DNA of 63,737 nt, filler included. It is 3 parts of 3 records of this genome, joined end to end, with 100 filler letters (N's around TTAATTAATTAA, not from the genome) between each part and the next. Parts side by side here need not be neighbours in the genome. Positions count along the whole stretch, not along the records: positions 1 to 30,033 come from SRR22947727_973; positions 30,134 to 56,558 come from SRR22947727_978; 1 more part is not named here. The stretch is one strand, 5' to 3'. Position 1 is the first letter of the stretch, and every line of letters begins with the position of its first letter. The notes under the pieces are model-generated. The model was not told the origin of the DNA. It did not search any database and saw only the letters and a program-made list of their open reading frames with translations. Position numbers and translations under genes: made by a program. Of this stretch, positions 21,920 to 31,477 are shown piece after piece.

Positions 21920-23425
21920 TCACTCCATTATATTATCATAATCTTTAATATTCATATCGCTGAATCTTGTATAATTTGAGTCAAAATGAGTTTTTATTGT
22001 ACCAATTGGGCCGTGTCTTTGTTTAGCTATTATTATTTCTGCTGTATTGTGAGCTTTTTCACACAGTTCTTGCCATCTACTTGTTCTTTCTTGATATTTC
22101 TCTTCAATTTCCTCTGGTTTCTTTATAGGCTCCATTCTTTCCAAATAATAACTTTCTCTAAATATAAACATAACAACATCAGAGTCTTGCTCAATAGTTC
22201 CACTCTCTCTCAAATCAGATAGCTGTGGTCTCTTGTCATCTCTTTGCTCTACTTGTCTGGAGAGTTGTGAAAGTGCTATGATTGGAATATTTAATTCTTT
22301 TGCAATTGCCTTTAAACCTCTTGTAATTTCAGATATTTCTTGGACTCTATTTTCATTTTTAGATCTGTTACTTGATGACATAAGTTGGAGATAATCAATT
22401 ATAATTAAATCTATTCCATGAAGCCTCTGTAATCTTCTAGCTCTAGCTCTTAAGGTTGCAATTGTTAACATAGGATTATCATCTATAAAAAGATTTAAAT
22501 CTTCTAAATCAGATGTGGCCTTTGCAATTTTTTTAAAATCATCTTTTGATAGCTCTGCTTTTCTCATTTTATCACCTGAAATTCTTGTTTGTTCAGCAAG
22601 TATTCTTGTTGCTAACTGTTCTGATGACATTTCAAGAGAAAAAAAAGCAACTTTTCCGCCATCTACTAATTTCTTATTTCCTATCTCATCAATTTTTTCT
22701 TTAAAACTTTTAGCTACATTAAATGCTATATTTGTCCCAAGAGCAGTCTTCCCCATAGAGGGTCTTCCCGCAATTATGATTAAATCTGATTTGTGTAATC
22801 CTCCCAATTTATTATCTAAATCTCTTAAACCTGATGCTACGCCAGCAATTTTACCTTCTCTTTTAAAAGCCTCATTAATTATGTTTACAGCATCTTTTAA
22901 TGAATCACCAAATTTTATGTATTTTCTATCTGCGCTTCCTGAGTTAGATAAATTATATAAGTCATTTTCAGCACTTTCTATAAGACTTTCTCCTGTATTA
23001 TCAGTATTTGTCTCATTAGTTTCGTGGATGATATTTTGACCAATACCTATTAACGATCTTTTTAAATGTAATTCATAAATTATTTTAGCATATTGAAGAG
23101 TGTTTTGAGTTGAAGGTGATGAGTCTTTAATTTGATTTAAATAAGGAGTTATTCCTAATCCAAATTCATTTTCAGAAAGATAATTTTTAAGCGTAATTGG
23201 AGAAACAAGTATGTTTTTATTTAGCAAATCTTTTATTTGTTTGAAAATTATTTGATGATTTTGATCTACAAAATGACTTTCATCTAAAAAATCTGATACC
23301 TTCTCATAATTTCTATTGTCCCATAATATGCAGCCAATTATTGCTACCTCAGCATCTATATTAGAAAATTTTTCAATTTGATCTTCACTATTTTTAGCAA
23401 TATTTAAAACCTTATTCTGTTCCAT
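21920..23425 (-). CDS. dnaB: Replicative DNA helicase
   Basis: GRPSMGKT, FFSLEMS, IDYLQLM, LSQLSR, DLRESGTIEQD, KQRHGP; no intein. Confidence 0.99.
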   Translation of the reverse strand: MEQNKVLNIAKNSEDQIEKFSNIDAEVAIIGCILWDNRNYEKVSDFLDESHFVDQNHQIIFKQIKDLLNKNILVSPITLKNYLSENEFGLGITPYLNQIKDSSPSTQNTLQYAKIIYELHLKRSLIGIGQNIIHETNETNTDNTGESLIESAENDLYNLSNSGSADRKYIKFGDSLKDAVNIINEAFKREGKIAGVASGLRDLDNKLGGLHKSDLIIIAGRPSMGKTALGTNIAFNVAKSFKEKIDEIGNKKLVDGGKVAFFSLEMSSEQLATRILAEQTRISGDKMRKAELSKDDFKKIAKATSDLEDLNLFIDDNPMLTIATLRARARRLQRLHGIDLIIIDYLQLMSSSNRSKNENRVQEISEITRGLKAIAKELNIPIIALSQLSRQVEQRDDKRPQLSDLRESGTIEQDSDVVMFIFRESYYLERMEPIKKPEEIEEKYQERTSRWQELCEKAHNTAEIIIAKQRHGPIGTIKTHFDSNYTRFSDMNIKDYDNIME

Positions 23426-23491
23426 CTAATGATAGTGATAAATTTTTTTTACTTAATAACAATAAGTCAAATTGAAAATGGAAATTAAAAC

Positions 23492-23507
23492 GTTAATATC
23501 CTATTAA
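23492..23507 (-). promoter_or_regulatory. Palindromic TTAA-N7-TTAAC (CtrA-like) site upstream of dnaB
   Basis: Plus strand GTTAATATCCTATTAA, i.e. TTAATAGGATATTAAC on the dnaB strand; 15/16 identical to the site upstream of acpP. Confidence 0.4.
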
Positions 23508-23525
23508 TAACGTGAATAAATAATG

Positions 23526-23969
23526 TTAATTTTTATTTACTTTTATTTTTATATTATGAGTAATATTTAAATAGGGGGTAACACTAATTTCATGCTCTCC
23601 TAATGCTCTTATTGGATTTTTCATCTCAATATCATCTGAGTTAATAAATATGTTATTTTCTTTAAATTGATCAAGAATTTCTTTTTTAGAAATAGATCCA
23701 TACAGTTGGTCTTTTTCATCTGCTTCTTTAGAAAATTCAATATTTAAATTTTTTATTTTTTCAATAATAATTTTAGCTTCTTCAAGTTTTTTTTCTTCTT
23801 TGTTTTTAATCTCTTCTTTTATGTTATTATAGTACTCAAGATTTTTCTTACTATCTCTTAAAGCCATACTATTAGGAAATAGAAAATTTCTAGCATATCC
23901 ATTCTTAACCTCTACAAGATCACCGATCTTGCCAAGTTTTTTAATATTTGTTGTTAGTATTACTTTCAT
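23526..23969 (-). CDS. rplI: 50S ribosomal protein L9
   Basis: MKVIL...LGKIGDLVEVKNGYARNFLFP, LYGSI. Confidence 0.97.
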   Translation of the reverse strand: MKVILTTNIKKLGKIGDLVEVKNGYARNFLFPNSMALRDSKKNLEYYNNIKEEIKNKEEKKLEEAKIIIEKIKNLNIEFSKEADEKDQLYGSISKKEILDQFKENNIFINSDDIEMKNPIRALGEHEISVTPYLNITHNIKIKVNKN

Positions 23970-23970
23970 T

Positions 23971-24249
23971 TTAATAGAAATGTTTATTTGTGAATGACAT
24001 TAAACCAAGAAAACGTGCTCTTTTTATAGCTTTAGAAAGTTCTAATTGTTTCGATCTAGAAACGTTTGTAATTCTACTTGGGGTGATTTTACCTTTTTCA
24101 CTTATATATCTATTTAGCATTTTAATATCTTTATAATCAATTATGGGTGAGTTTTTTTGACTTAACGGACAGAATTTTTTACGATCTTCAAAAGGAGAAT
24201 TTTTATTATCGTCTCTACTTCTAGATTTAAATTTTTTATTTTTTTTCAT
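23971..24249 (-). CDS. rpsR: 30S ribosomal protein S18
   Basis: IDYKD...[13 protein letters not shown]...[10 protein letters not shown]. Confidence 0.97.
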   Translation of the reverse strand: MKKNKKFKSRSRDDNKNSPFEDRKKFCPLSQKNSPIIDYKDIKMLNRYISEKGKITPSRITNVSRSKQLELSKAIKRARFLGLMSFTNKHFY

Positions 24250-24562
24250 TATTTAGCTTTGTTGGAAGTTCTTGATGTTTTTCAACTCTTACGAATAGGT
24301 GTCTTATAAAGTTTTCATCTTGATTTAAGGTTTTCTTTATACTTTCAATTTTATCACCCTCAATTTCAATTTGATAAAAATTATAGAAAGCTTTACTGTA
24401 TCTGTCTATTTTATAACTTAGATCTCTTAAGCCCCAATCTTCATTGTTAATAATTTTACCAGATTTTTTATTAATTATTTTTTCTAGATTATCTAGACAA
24501 GAGCTTTTAACGTTAGAGGGTATCTCAGGACTCAGCAGAACTACAGCTTCAAAATTATTCAT
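24236..24562 (-). CDS. rpsF: 30S ribosomal protein S6
   Basis: [12 protein letters not shown] motif; rpsF-rpsR-rplI order. Confidence 0.96.
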   Translation of the reverse strand: MNNFEAVVLLSPEIPSNVKSSCLDNLEKIINKKSGKIINNEDWGLRDLSYKIDRYSKAFYNFYQIEIEGDKIESIKKTLNQDENFIRHLFVRVEKHQELPTKLNNEKK

Positions 24563-24646
24563 AAACTCCTTGGTTATATCTTAAAAAATTATTTTAAGAG
24601 AAGAATATGTTGCATATATTTATAATTTTCAATAAATCAAGTAAAT

Positions 24647-25567
24647 ATGACAGCAATAATTTTTCCTGGACAAGGAAGCCAATATGTAAACATGTCTATG
24701 GATTTTAATGAAAATTTTGATGTGGCTAGAAAAGTGTTTCAGGAAATTGAAGATACTACACAAATAAATATTCGTAAAATAATTACTGAAAATCCCTTTG
24801 ATAATCTAAATCAGACAAATTACACTCAGATATCAATTTTTTCTGCATCTATGGCCGTATATAAATCCCTTTTAAGTGAATTTGGTAACGAAACTATAAA
24901 ACCTAAGATTCTTTTAGGCCACTCTCTTGGCGAATATTCAGCTTTAGTGGCGGGAAATTATATTAACATTACAGATGCATCGATTTTAATCAAAAAAAGG
25001 GGCGAGCTAATGCATTCGTCTATTGAGCCCAATGTTTCTGGTATGGCAGCAATTATAGGAAAAAATGCTGATTTTATTAATAATGTGATAAATGAAAATA
25101 ATTTAAAAATTGTAATTGCAAACGATAATTCCCCCATGCAAGTTGTTGTTTCAGGGTTAATTGAGGATATCAACAGTTCTGAGCAAGTCTTTTCTGAACA
25201 TGGAATTAAAAGATATATTAAATTAAATGTATCAGCAGCTTTTCATAGCGATTTTATGAATGATGCTCAAAGTAGACTAATTAATGAAATTGATAAAATT
25301 AATTTTAAAAATAGTAATTTGCCAATAATTTCTAATTATGACTCAGTTATTAATTCAAGTAAAAACTCAATAAAATATGCACTGAAAAACCAAATGGCCA
25401 GTAGAGTTAGATGGACTGATAGTATAAAAAAACTTGAGGAAACAGATACAACGCAAATAATAGAAATTGGTCCGGGAAAGGTTTTGTCGGGTTTAATTGC
25501 AAGAATCACTAAAAAATTTGATATAAAGTCAATTGATAAAATAGAAGATTTAAAAAAATTTAATTAA
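24647..25567 (+). CDS. fabD: Malonyl-CoA:ACP transacylase
   Basis: FPGQGSQ, GHSLGEY, VSAAFHS, EIGPGKVL. Confidence 0.97.
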   Translation: MTAIIFPGQGSQYVNMSMDFNENFDVARKVFQEIEDTTQINIRKIITENPFDNLNQTNYTQISIFSASMAVYKSLLSEFGNETIKPKILLGHSLGEYSALVAGNYINITDASILIKKRGELMHSSIEPNVSGMAAIIGKNADFINNVINENNLKIVIANDNSPMQVVVSGLIEDINSSEQVFSEHGIKRYIKLNVSAAFHSDFMNDAQSRLINEIDKINFKNSNLPIISNYDSVINSSKNSIKYALKNQMASRVRWTDSIKKLEETDTTQIIEIGPGKVLSGLIARITKKFDIKSIDKIEDLKKFN

Positions 25568-25568
25568 T

Positions 25569-26291
25569 ATGAAAAAAATTCTTATTACAGGAGCTTCTGG
25601 TGGAATTGGGTCTTCAATTGCGCATAAGTTTTTAAAAAATAATTATGAAATGATCCTAACATCTTCATCAGACAAAACTTTGAGTAACTTAAAAGAAAAA
25701 TATGGTAATAATCATCATTATTATGTTTTAGATTTTAAAAAACCTGATGATAACATATCTATTTTAAAAAAAATATCAGAAGAACATCCGGATTTAAATG
25801 TAATTGCAAATAATGCTGGAATTACTGATGACTCTCTACTTTTAAGAATGAAAACAGATCAGTGGAATAATGTTATTCAAGCAAATTTATCATCTAATTT
25901 CACAATTATAAAAGCATTACTTCCTAATATGATTAAGAATAAATCAGGAAATATCATAGGAGTTTCATCGGTGGTAGCAACATCTGGAAATCCTGGTCAA
26001 TCTAATTATGTCGCCGCTAAATCTGGAATGATTGGCTTTTACAAGTCTATCGCTTTAGAAGTTGCTTCCCGAAACATAAATGTAAATATTGTTTCACCAG
26101 GTTTTATCATCTCCCCTATGACTGATAAACTTAATGATAAGCAAAAAAATGTTATTTTAGAAAAAGTTCCAATGAAAAGATTTGGTGACTCTAATGAAAT
26201 TGCTGATTTGGTTTACTTTTTATCAGGTGATGAATCTAGATATATAACGGGCCAAAACATTCATATAAACGGTGGAATGTTAATGGTATAA
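25569..26291 (+). CDS. fabG: 3-oxoacyl-ACP reductase
   Basis: TGASGGIG, NNAGIT, YxxxK (NYVAAK), fab operon context. Confidence 0.96.
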   Translation: MKKILITGASGGIGSSIAHKFLKNNYEMILTSSSDKTLSNLKEKYGNNHHYYVLDFKKPDDNISILKKISEEHPDLNVIANNAGITDDSLLLRMKTDQWNNVIQANLSSNFTIIKALLPNMIKNKSGNIIGVSSVVATSGNPGQSNYVAAKSGMIGFYKSIALEVASRNINVNIVSPGFIISPMTDKLNDKQKNVILEKVPMKRFGDSNEIADLVYFLSGDESRYITGQNIHINGGMLMV

Positions 26292-26295
26292 TCTA

Positions 26296-26328
26296 TTGAC
26301 ATTATCTAAGTTAATATTCTATTAACTT
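26296..26328 (+). promoter_or_regulatory. Sigma70-type promoter of acpP-fabF with an overlapping 9-3-9 palindrome
   Basis: TTGACA at 26296-26301; AAGTTAATA-TTC-TATTAACTT at 26308-26328 covers the spacer and a putative -10 (TATTAA 26320-26325); AAGGAG RBS before acpP. Confidence 0.55.
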
Positions 26329-26347
26329 AATTGAAACTAAGGAGAAA

Positions 26348-26584
26348 ATGATGAGTGAAGTTGAAACACAAGTTAAACAAATAGTAATTGATCATCTAGG
26401 AATTGATGACTCAAAAGTAACGGCAGAGTCTAAATTTATAGATGATTTAGGTGCAGATAGTTTAGATACAGTAGAATTAGTTATGGCTTTTGAAGAAAAA
26501 TTTGGAATTGAAATTCCTGATGATGCAGCTGAAACAATACAAACTGTTCAAAATGCTATAGATTATATTGAGAGTAAAAAATAA
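26348..26584 (+). CDS. acpP: Acyl carrier protein
   Basis: [18 protein letters not shown] phosphopantetheine site. The start may be the second ATG (26351). Confidence 0.99.
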   Translation: MMSEVETQVKQIVIDHLGIDDSKVTAESKFIDDLGADSLDTVELVMAFEEKFGIEIPDDAAETIQTVQNAIDYIESKK

Positions 26585-26594
26585 TTTCTAATCT

Positions 26595-27851
26595 ATGAAG
26601 CGTGTAGTTGTTACTGGTTTAGGTCTGTTGACATCGATTGGTAATAACTCAGAAGATACTTGGATTAACTTAATTGATTTAAAGTCTGGAATAAAAAAAA
26701 TTACTCATTTTGATACCGATGGATTAAGTTGTAAAATTGCTGGCCATATATCTCACGATGAAAATGATTCGTTTTATTACGATAGATCTATTCATCTGGA
26801 TGTAAAAGACATTAAGAGAAACGACAGATTTATTCAATATGGTATTGCTGCTGCAAAAATGGCTGTTGAAGATTCTGGTTTGTCATATTTAAGTGAAAAA
26901 GAAAAACTAAAAGTTGGTGTTAGTGTTGGTTCTGGAATTGGTGGATTAGAAACTATTTATGAAGGGTCTTTAACAGTAGCAAATAAGGGCCCAAGAAAAT
27001 TATCACCTTTTTTTATCCCATCTTCTTTAGTTAATTTATTATCTGGTCAAATTTCTATTAAATACGGCTTTAAAGGCCCCAATCATTCTGTGGTAACAGC
27101 TTGTGCTACTGGAGCGCATTCAATTGGAGATGCTGGAGAGATGATTAAAAGAGGTGCTGCCAATGTTATGGTTGCGGGAGGAGCAGAAGCTGCAGTGTGC
27201 AGACTAGGGGTATCAGGTTTTTGTGCTGCAAGAAGTTTAAGTACTTCTTTTAATGACGACCCTGAAAAAGCATCAAGACCTTGGGACAAAGATAGAGATG
27301 GATTTGTAATGGGAGAGGGCGCAGGAGTTTTGGTATTAGAAGAGATGGAACATGCTAAAAAAAGAGGCGCTAAAATATATGGAGAACTTATAGGTTATGG
27401 AATGTCAGGAGATGCATACCACATAACTGCACCAGCTGAAGATGGTGATGGGGGATACAGGGCAATGATAGAAGCATTAAAAATGGCAAAATTATCATCT
27501 GATGAAGTTCAATACGTTAATGCTCATGGTACCTCAACTTTGCTAGGTGATAAAATAGAGCTTAATGCAATTAATAGGCTTTTTAAAAATAACAAAAACC
27601 TTTTTGTAAGTTCTACTAAATCATCTATTGGTCATTTACTTGGTGCCGCTGGAAGTGTTGAGGCTATATTTTCACTTCTTTCTATTAAAAACAGTGTTTT
27701 ACCTGCCACTTTAAACTTAGAAGATCCAATTGAGTCAAGAAATATAAATTTAATTGCTAAAGAGCCTATTAAACAAAAAACTGATTTAGCTTTAAGTAAT
27801 TCATTTGGCTTTGGAGGAACAAATACTGCGCTTTTATTTAAAAGTATTTAG
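26595..27851 (+). CDS. fabF: Beta-ketoacyl-ACP synthase II
   Basis: TACATG, NAHGTST, GHLLGAAG, SNSFGFGG. Confidence 0.98.
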   Translation: MKRVVVTGLGLLTSIGNNSEDTWINLIDLKSGIKKITHFDTDGLSCKIAGHISHDENDSFYYDRSIHLDVKDIKRNDRFIQYGIAAAKMAVEDSGLSYLSEKEKLKVGVSVGSGIGGLETIYEGSLTVANKGPRKLSPFFIPSSLVNLLSGQISIKYGFKGPNHSVVTACATGAHSIGDAGEMIKRGAANVMVAGGAEAAVCRLGVSGFCAARSLSTSFNDDPEKASRPWDKDRDGFVMGEGAGVLVLEEMEHAKKRGAKIYGELIGYGMSGDAYHITAPAEDGDGGYRAMIEALKMAKLSSDEVQYVNAHGTSTLLGDKIELNAINRLFKNNKNLFVSSTKSSIGHLLGAAGSVEAIFSLLSIKNSVLPATLNLEDPIESRNINLIAKEPIKQKTDLALSNSFGFGGTNTALLFKSI

Positions 27852-28755
27852 TTTTTTATTTATATTTTTTATTTATTTTTTTTACCTATTTTTAGTAAGG
27901 GAAATTGATTTAAAAAATGATTATTTTTTTATAAAAAAAAATGAAAATTACAAAAATATAGTTAATAGCAATATAGCAGACAATAACCTTAATTTATTTT
28001 TTTATAAAATAGCCTTGAGAATATTATTGTATACTAACAATGAAATACATTTTGGCAAATTTAAATTAAAAAAAAATCCAAATTATTATCAAATTTTAAA
28101 TACTATTTTATTACCAAGTAATGTTTATAAAAAAATAACTATCATTGAGGGCTGGTCAAAAAAAGATTTAAATATTATTTTGTTGAAAAATTTTAATGAC
28201 TTTTTAGAATTAAATTACGATAAAATTATTGCTGATACATATTTTTTTGGCAGTGGAACTTCATTTTTTCAGTTTAAAAAATTATTAGATAAAAAATTTT
28301 TATTAATTAAAAATAAATTTAAAGAACATCCTTTATCAAAAAGATACTCATTCTACGAAATTCTGATTATTGGATCTTTGCTAGAAAAAGAAGGTATTGA
28401 TTATGAGGATAAAAGAAAAATATATTCAGTTATAATGAATAGATTAAAAAAAAATATGAAACTTCAGATTGATGCCACAGTTATTTTCTCTTTAACAGGT
28501 GGTAATAGAGATTTAGAGAGAAACTTAACATATGATGATTTAAAAAATAAAAGTGACTATAATACGTATATGAATTATGGATTACCTCCTGGCCCCATTT
28601 CTTATGTAGGGCATAAAACAATTGAATTAATTTTTGAAGATTATAAAACAGATTACTTATTTTATTTTTATAATTCTTTTGAAAATAAGCATGTATTTTC
28701 ATTAAATTATAAAGATCATCTAAAGAGATTAAATGAATACAGATCAAAAAAATAA
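27805..28755 (+). CDS. mltG: Endolytic transglycosylase MltG (divergent; start uncertain)
   Basis: TIIEG, SLLEKE (catalytic Glu), LQIDAT, YNTY...GLPPGPI; fabF-mltG-gmk synteny. Confidence 0.9.
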   Translation: MALEEQILRFYLKVFSFLFIFFIYFFYLFLVREIDLKNDYFFIKKNENYKNIVNSNIADNNLNLFFYKIALRILLYTNNEIHFGKFKLKKNPNYYQILNTILLPSNVYKKITIIEGWSKKDLNIILLKNFNDFLELNYDKIIADTYFFGSGTSFFQFKKLLDKKFLLIKNKFKEHPLSKRYSFYEILIIGSLLEKEGIDYEDKRKIYSVIMNRLKKNMKLQIDATVIFSLTGGNRDLERNLTYDDLKNKSDYNTYMNYGLPPGPISYVGHKTIELIFEDYKTDYLFYFYNSFENKHVFSLNYKDHLKRLNEYRSKK

Positions 28756-29356
28756 AATTATAATAATTTCCTCTCCATCTGGAGCTGGTAAAACAACTTT
28801 ATGCAAATTATTATTAAAAAAAATGCGTTATATCAATTTGTCCGTATCTTATACTTCTAGAAATCAAAGATTAAATGAAATAAATGGAAAAGATTATTTT
28901 TTTATTTCAAAAGAAAAATTTAATGATTTAAAAAATAAAAATTTTTTTATAGAAACAGCTATAAATTTTGGCAATTATTATGGCTCTCCATATAAAAATT
29001 TAAAAACTTTAAAAAAAAATCAAATTTTATTTGATATTGATTGGAAGGGTGCTAGAAAAATTAGAAAAAAAGTTAATAAAAAAGATATTATCGATTTTTT
29101 CATTCTTCCACCATCAATAAAGGAATTAAAAAAGAGGCTTGTAAAAAGAGGTAGAGATAAAAAAGATGATATAGATTTGCGATTGTCATATGCAATTAAG
29201 GAAATCAGTCACTACAAAGAATATTCTTATGTATTAATAAATCAAAATGTTCAACAAACTGTAAATGAAATTATTAATATTATTAAAACAAACGTTATAA
29301 TTGAAAAAAATAGAAAGCTAACAGAAAGAAAAATTAAATCTCTTATAAATATCTAG
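28733..29356 (+). CDS. gmk: Guanylate kinase
   Basis: SSPSGAGKTT, GKDYFF, YYGS, DIDWKGA, LPPS. Confidence 0.96.
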   Translation: MNTDQKNKIIIISSPSGAGKTTLCKLLLKKMRYINLSVSYTSRNQRLNEINGKDYFFISKEKFNDLKNKNFFIETAINFGNYYGSPYKNLKTLKKNQILFDIDWKGARKIRKKVNKKDIIDFFILPPSIKELKKRLVKRGRDKKDDIDLRLSYAIKEISHYKEYSYVLINQNVQQTVNEIINIIKTNVIIEKNRKLTERKIKSLINI

Positions 29357-30033
29357 TATTTCTAGATATTCTAAATCTTCATATCTTTTATCTGCTATTT
29401 TTTCATCAATCAAAATTTTTATATTTTTATTTGATTTTATTTTTTTCCTTTTATTTACGAAAAATTTTTTCAGAAAACAGTCCAAATTCTTTGAATTAAT
29501 ATTTTGTTTAATTAATTCAAATTTGACAACTTTGGAATTTACCTTAGGCTTAGGATAAAATACATTAGGTGATACATTGAATAATATTTTATACCTTCCA
29601 CAATACTTGCAAATAAATTTATATTTGTTCATTTTACCATTATTATAATTTAACTTATCTGCTAATTCACTTTGAATCATGCAAACTAAATCTGTAAAAT
29701 TATTATTGAGTTTTAAAATTTTTAAAAGAAACTTTGAGCTTATATTATAGGGGAGATTTGAAATTAACTTAAAATCTGTTAACTGTGAAAAATCATACTG
29801 TAAAGCGTCACCATTAATTATTGTTATTTTTTTATTATTAAATTTTTTTAATAACTTTTCGTATAACGTAAAATCTTTTTCAATAATAACTAATTTATTG
29901 GGTTTTTTTTTTATTATTTTTTCAGTTAATGCACCTAATCCTGGTCCAATTTCAATAATATTACTATTTGTTATTTCAATTGTTTTTAATATTTTATTAA
30001 CTGTATTTTTATCAATTAAAAAATTTTGACCTA
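29318..30033 (-). CDS. rsmA: 16S rRNA dimethyladenosine transferase (5'-truncated at the contig end)
   Basis: The frame of ORF 29318-29680 extends to the contig edge: GQNFLIDKN...IEIGPGLGALT...SNLPYNISS...FYPKPKVNS. Confidence 0.93.
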
Positions 30034-30133
30034 NNNNNNNNNNNNNNNNNNNNNNNNNNNNNNNNNNNNNNNNNNNNTTAATTAATTAANNNNNNNNNNN
30101 NNNNNNNNNNNNNNNNNNNNNNNNNNNNNNNNN
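30034..30133. other. Artificial contig-joining linker
   Basis: 44 N + TTAATTAATTAA (stop codons in all six frames) + 44 N; base composition changes abruptly across it. Confidence 0.98.
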
Positions 30134-30214
30134 TTGGCTGCACCGGCAAAGCTGATCAATCAAGCTGATTGGGATAGCAGTGGCAAAAATGCCAATGCGG
30201 TCAGCAAGCTGTGA
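30134..30214 (+). CDS. 3' fragment of a gene, possibly KDPG/KHG aldolase
   Basis: LAAPAKLINQADWDSSGKNANAVSKL* loosely resembles the Eda C-terminus (..AP..LI..GDWD..); only 26 codons are visible. Confidence 0.3.
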   Translation: MAAPAKLINQADWDSSGKNANAVSKL

Positions 30215-30300
30215 CAAAGTGATCTAGCCACATAAAATCTTGCCCAAGTGCCAAACGCCAAGCCCTAAGCGCTAAAGCCAAACGCTTTGCCGTGATGCCG

Positions 30301-31242
30301 CTAGTGCAGCATCAATTGAAGCATGATCAGCTTGAGGATCAACCGGCCAGCGCCAATCATTGAAATCTGGTTCAGATCATTTTTTGGTGCCAGCTCGACC
30401 AGATTCAACCCCAAAATCTGTCCTTTTGCCGCCAACGCCTCGAACAGTTCGATAATATGCCACCACATCAGCCCGCCTGGCGCGAGCGCAACCGTTCCGG
30501 GCATCACCGATGGATCAAGCCCGTCAACATCCAATGTCACAAAAAACCTGCCCGATGATGGCAGCGCCGCAATCACTGGTGCCATGCCATGACGATGAAT
30601 ATCTTGTGCCAGATGAATCTTGGCACCCCATCTTCGCGCCAGATCTATTTCTGGCTGTTTTGCGCTGCCAAATGAGCGGATGCCAATCTGGTGAATGGCG
30701 GTGATATGATCCTGTTCAGCGGCGCGGCGCATTGGGCTGGAATAGCCATCATGAATGCCATAGCGTTCATCACGCCAATCCAAATGCGCATCAATTTGAA
30801 TCAAGGTGACATCTGACAAGCCATCAAGCCCCCTAATCACCGGGTTGGTGACACCATCATCACCGCCAATGCTTATCGGCATAATGCCGCGTTGAACAGC
30901 AAAGCGAACGGCATTTTCGGCAGCGTTGTAATGCTGCTGAACGTCACCCCCTTCAAGCGGAATATCGCCGCCATCGACAATCGTGAAATCATCCAAACAG
31001 ACAGCGCGCTGAAAGTCGGCATCAAGCGATTGACCATCAAGCAAAATCCGCGGGCTTGCCTTACGCAAGGCGGCGGGCGCGGTCGATTGGTCATTCGGAA
31101 ATTGATCGGCAAGATAGGACTTGCCATGCGGAACGCCAAAGATAACCGCCTCGGCTTGCAAATCCTGCCAATCGGTAACAACAGGAAGATTCACAAAGCT
31201 GTTTGCGGCGGGCGGGTTGGTTTTGGGAATTTCAATCGTCAT
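30301..31242 (-). CDS. Ureohydrolase (agmatinase/arginase family) with atypical active site
   Basis: DAHLD, QIGIR, DVDGLDP..PGT, VELAP motifs; GGDD in place of GGDH. Likely start ATG 31242. Confidence 0.88.
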   Translation of the reverse strand: MTIEIPKTNPPAANSFVNLPVVTDWQDLQAEAVIFGVPHGKSYLADQFPNDQSTAPAALRKASPRILLDGQSLDADFQRAVCLDDFTIVDGGDIPLEGGDVQQHYNAAENAVRFAVQRGIMPISIGGDDGVTNPVIRGLDGLSDVTLIQIDAHLDWRDERYGIHDGYSSPMRRAAEQDHITAIHQIGIRSFGSAKQPEIDLARRWGAKIHLAQDIHRHGMAPVIAALPSSGRFFVTLDVDGLDPSVMPGTVALAPGGLMWWHIIELFEALAAKGQILGLNLVELAPKNDLNQISMIGAGRLILKLIMLQLMLH

Positions 31243-31477
31243 GATGATATGATGCTTTGTCCTAGCAGGCGGTTTGGCAATGGCAAAACATGGGCAGCAA
31301 TGCGTAACAGCACCACCGGCCACAGCTTTTTAGAAGATTAGCTAAGCATAGTCTGATAGAAAATCACAAAAAACAACATTCTGAAAAAAAGCAGGCTTTT
31401 CATTTCCACATTTCGGTCTAGCATAATTCTGATAAGTGGCTTCGCGAATCGCGCCCCGCGACTTGTCTTGATAAAGG

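Noticed and set aside
30078-30089. TTAATTAATTAA occurring twice as a possible repeat or att site
   Set aside because: It sits inside N runs of fixed length and is a synthetic linker.
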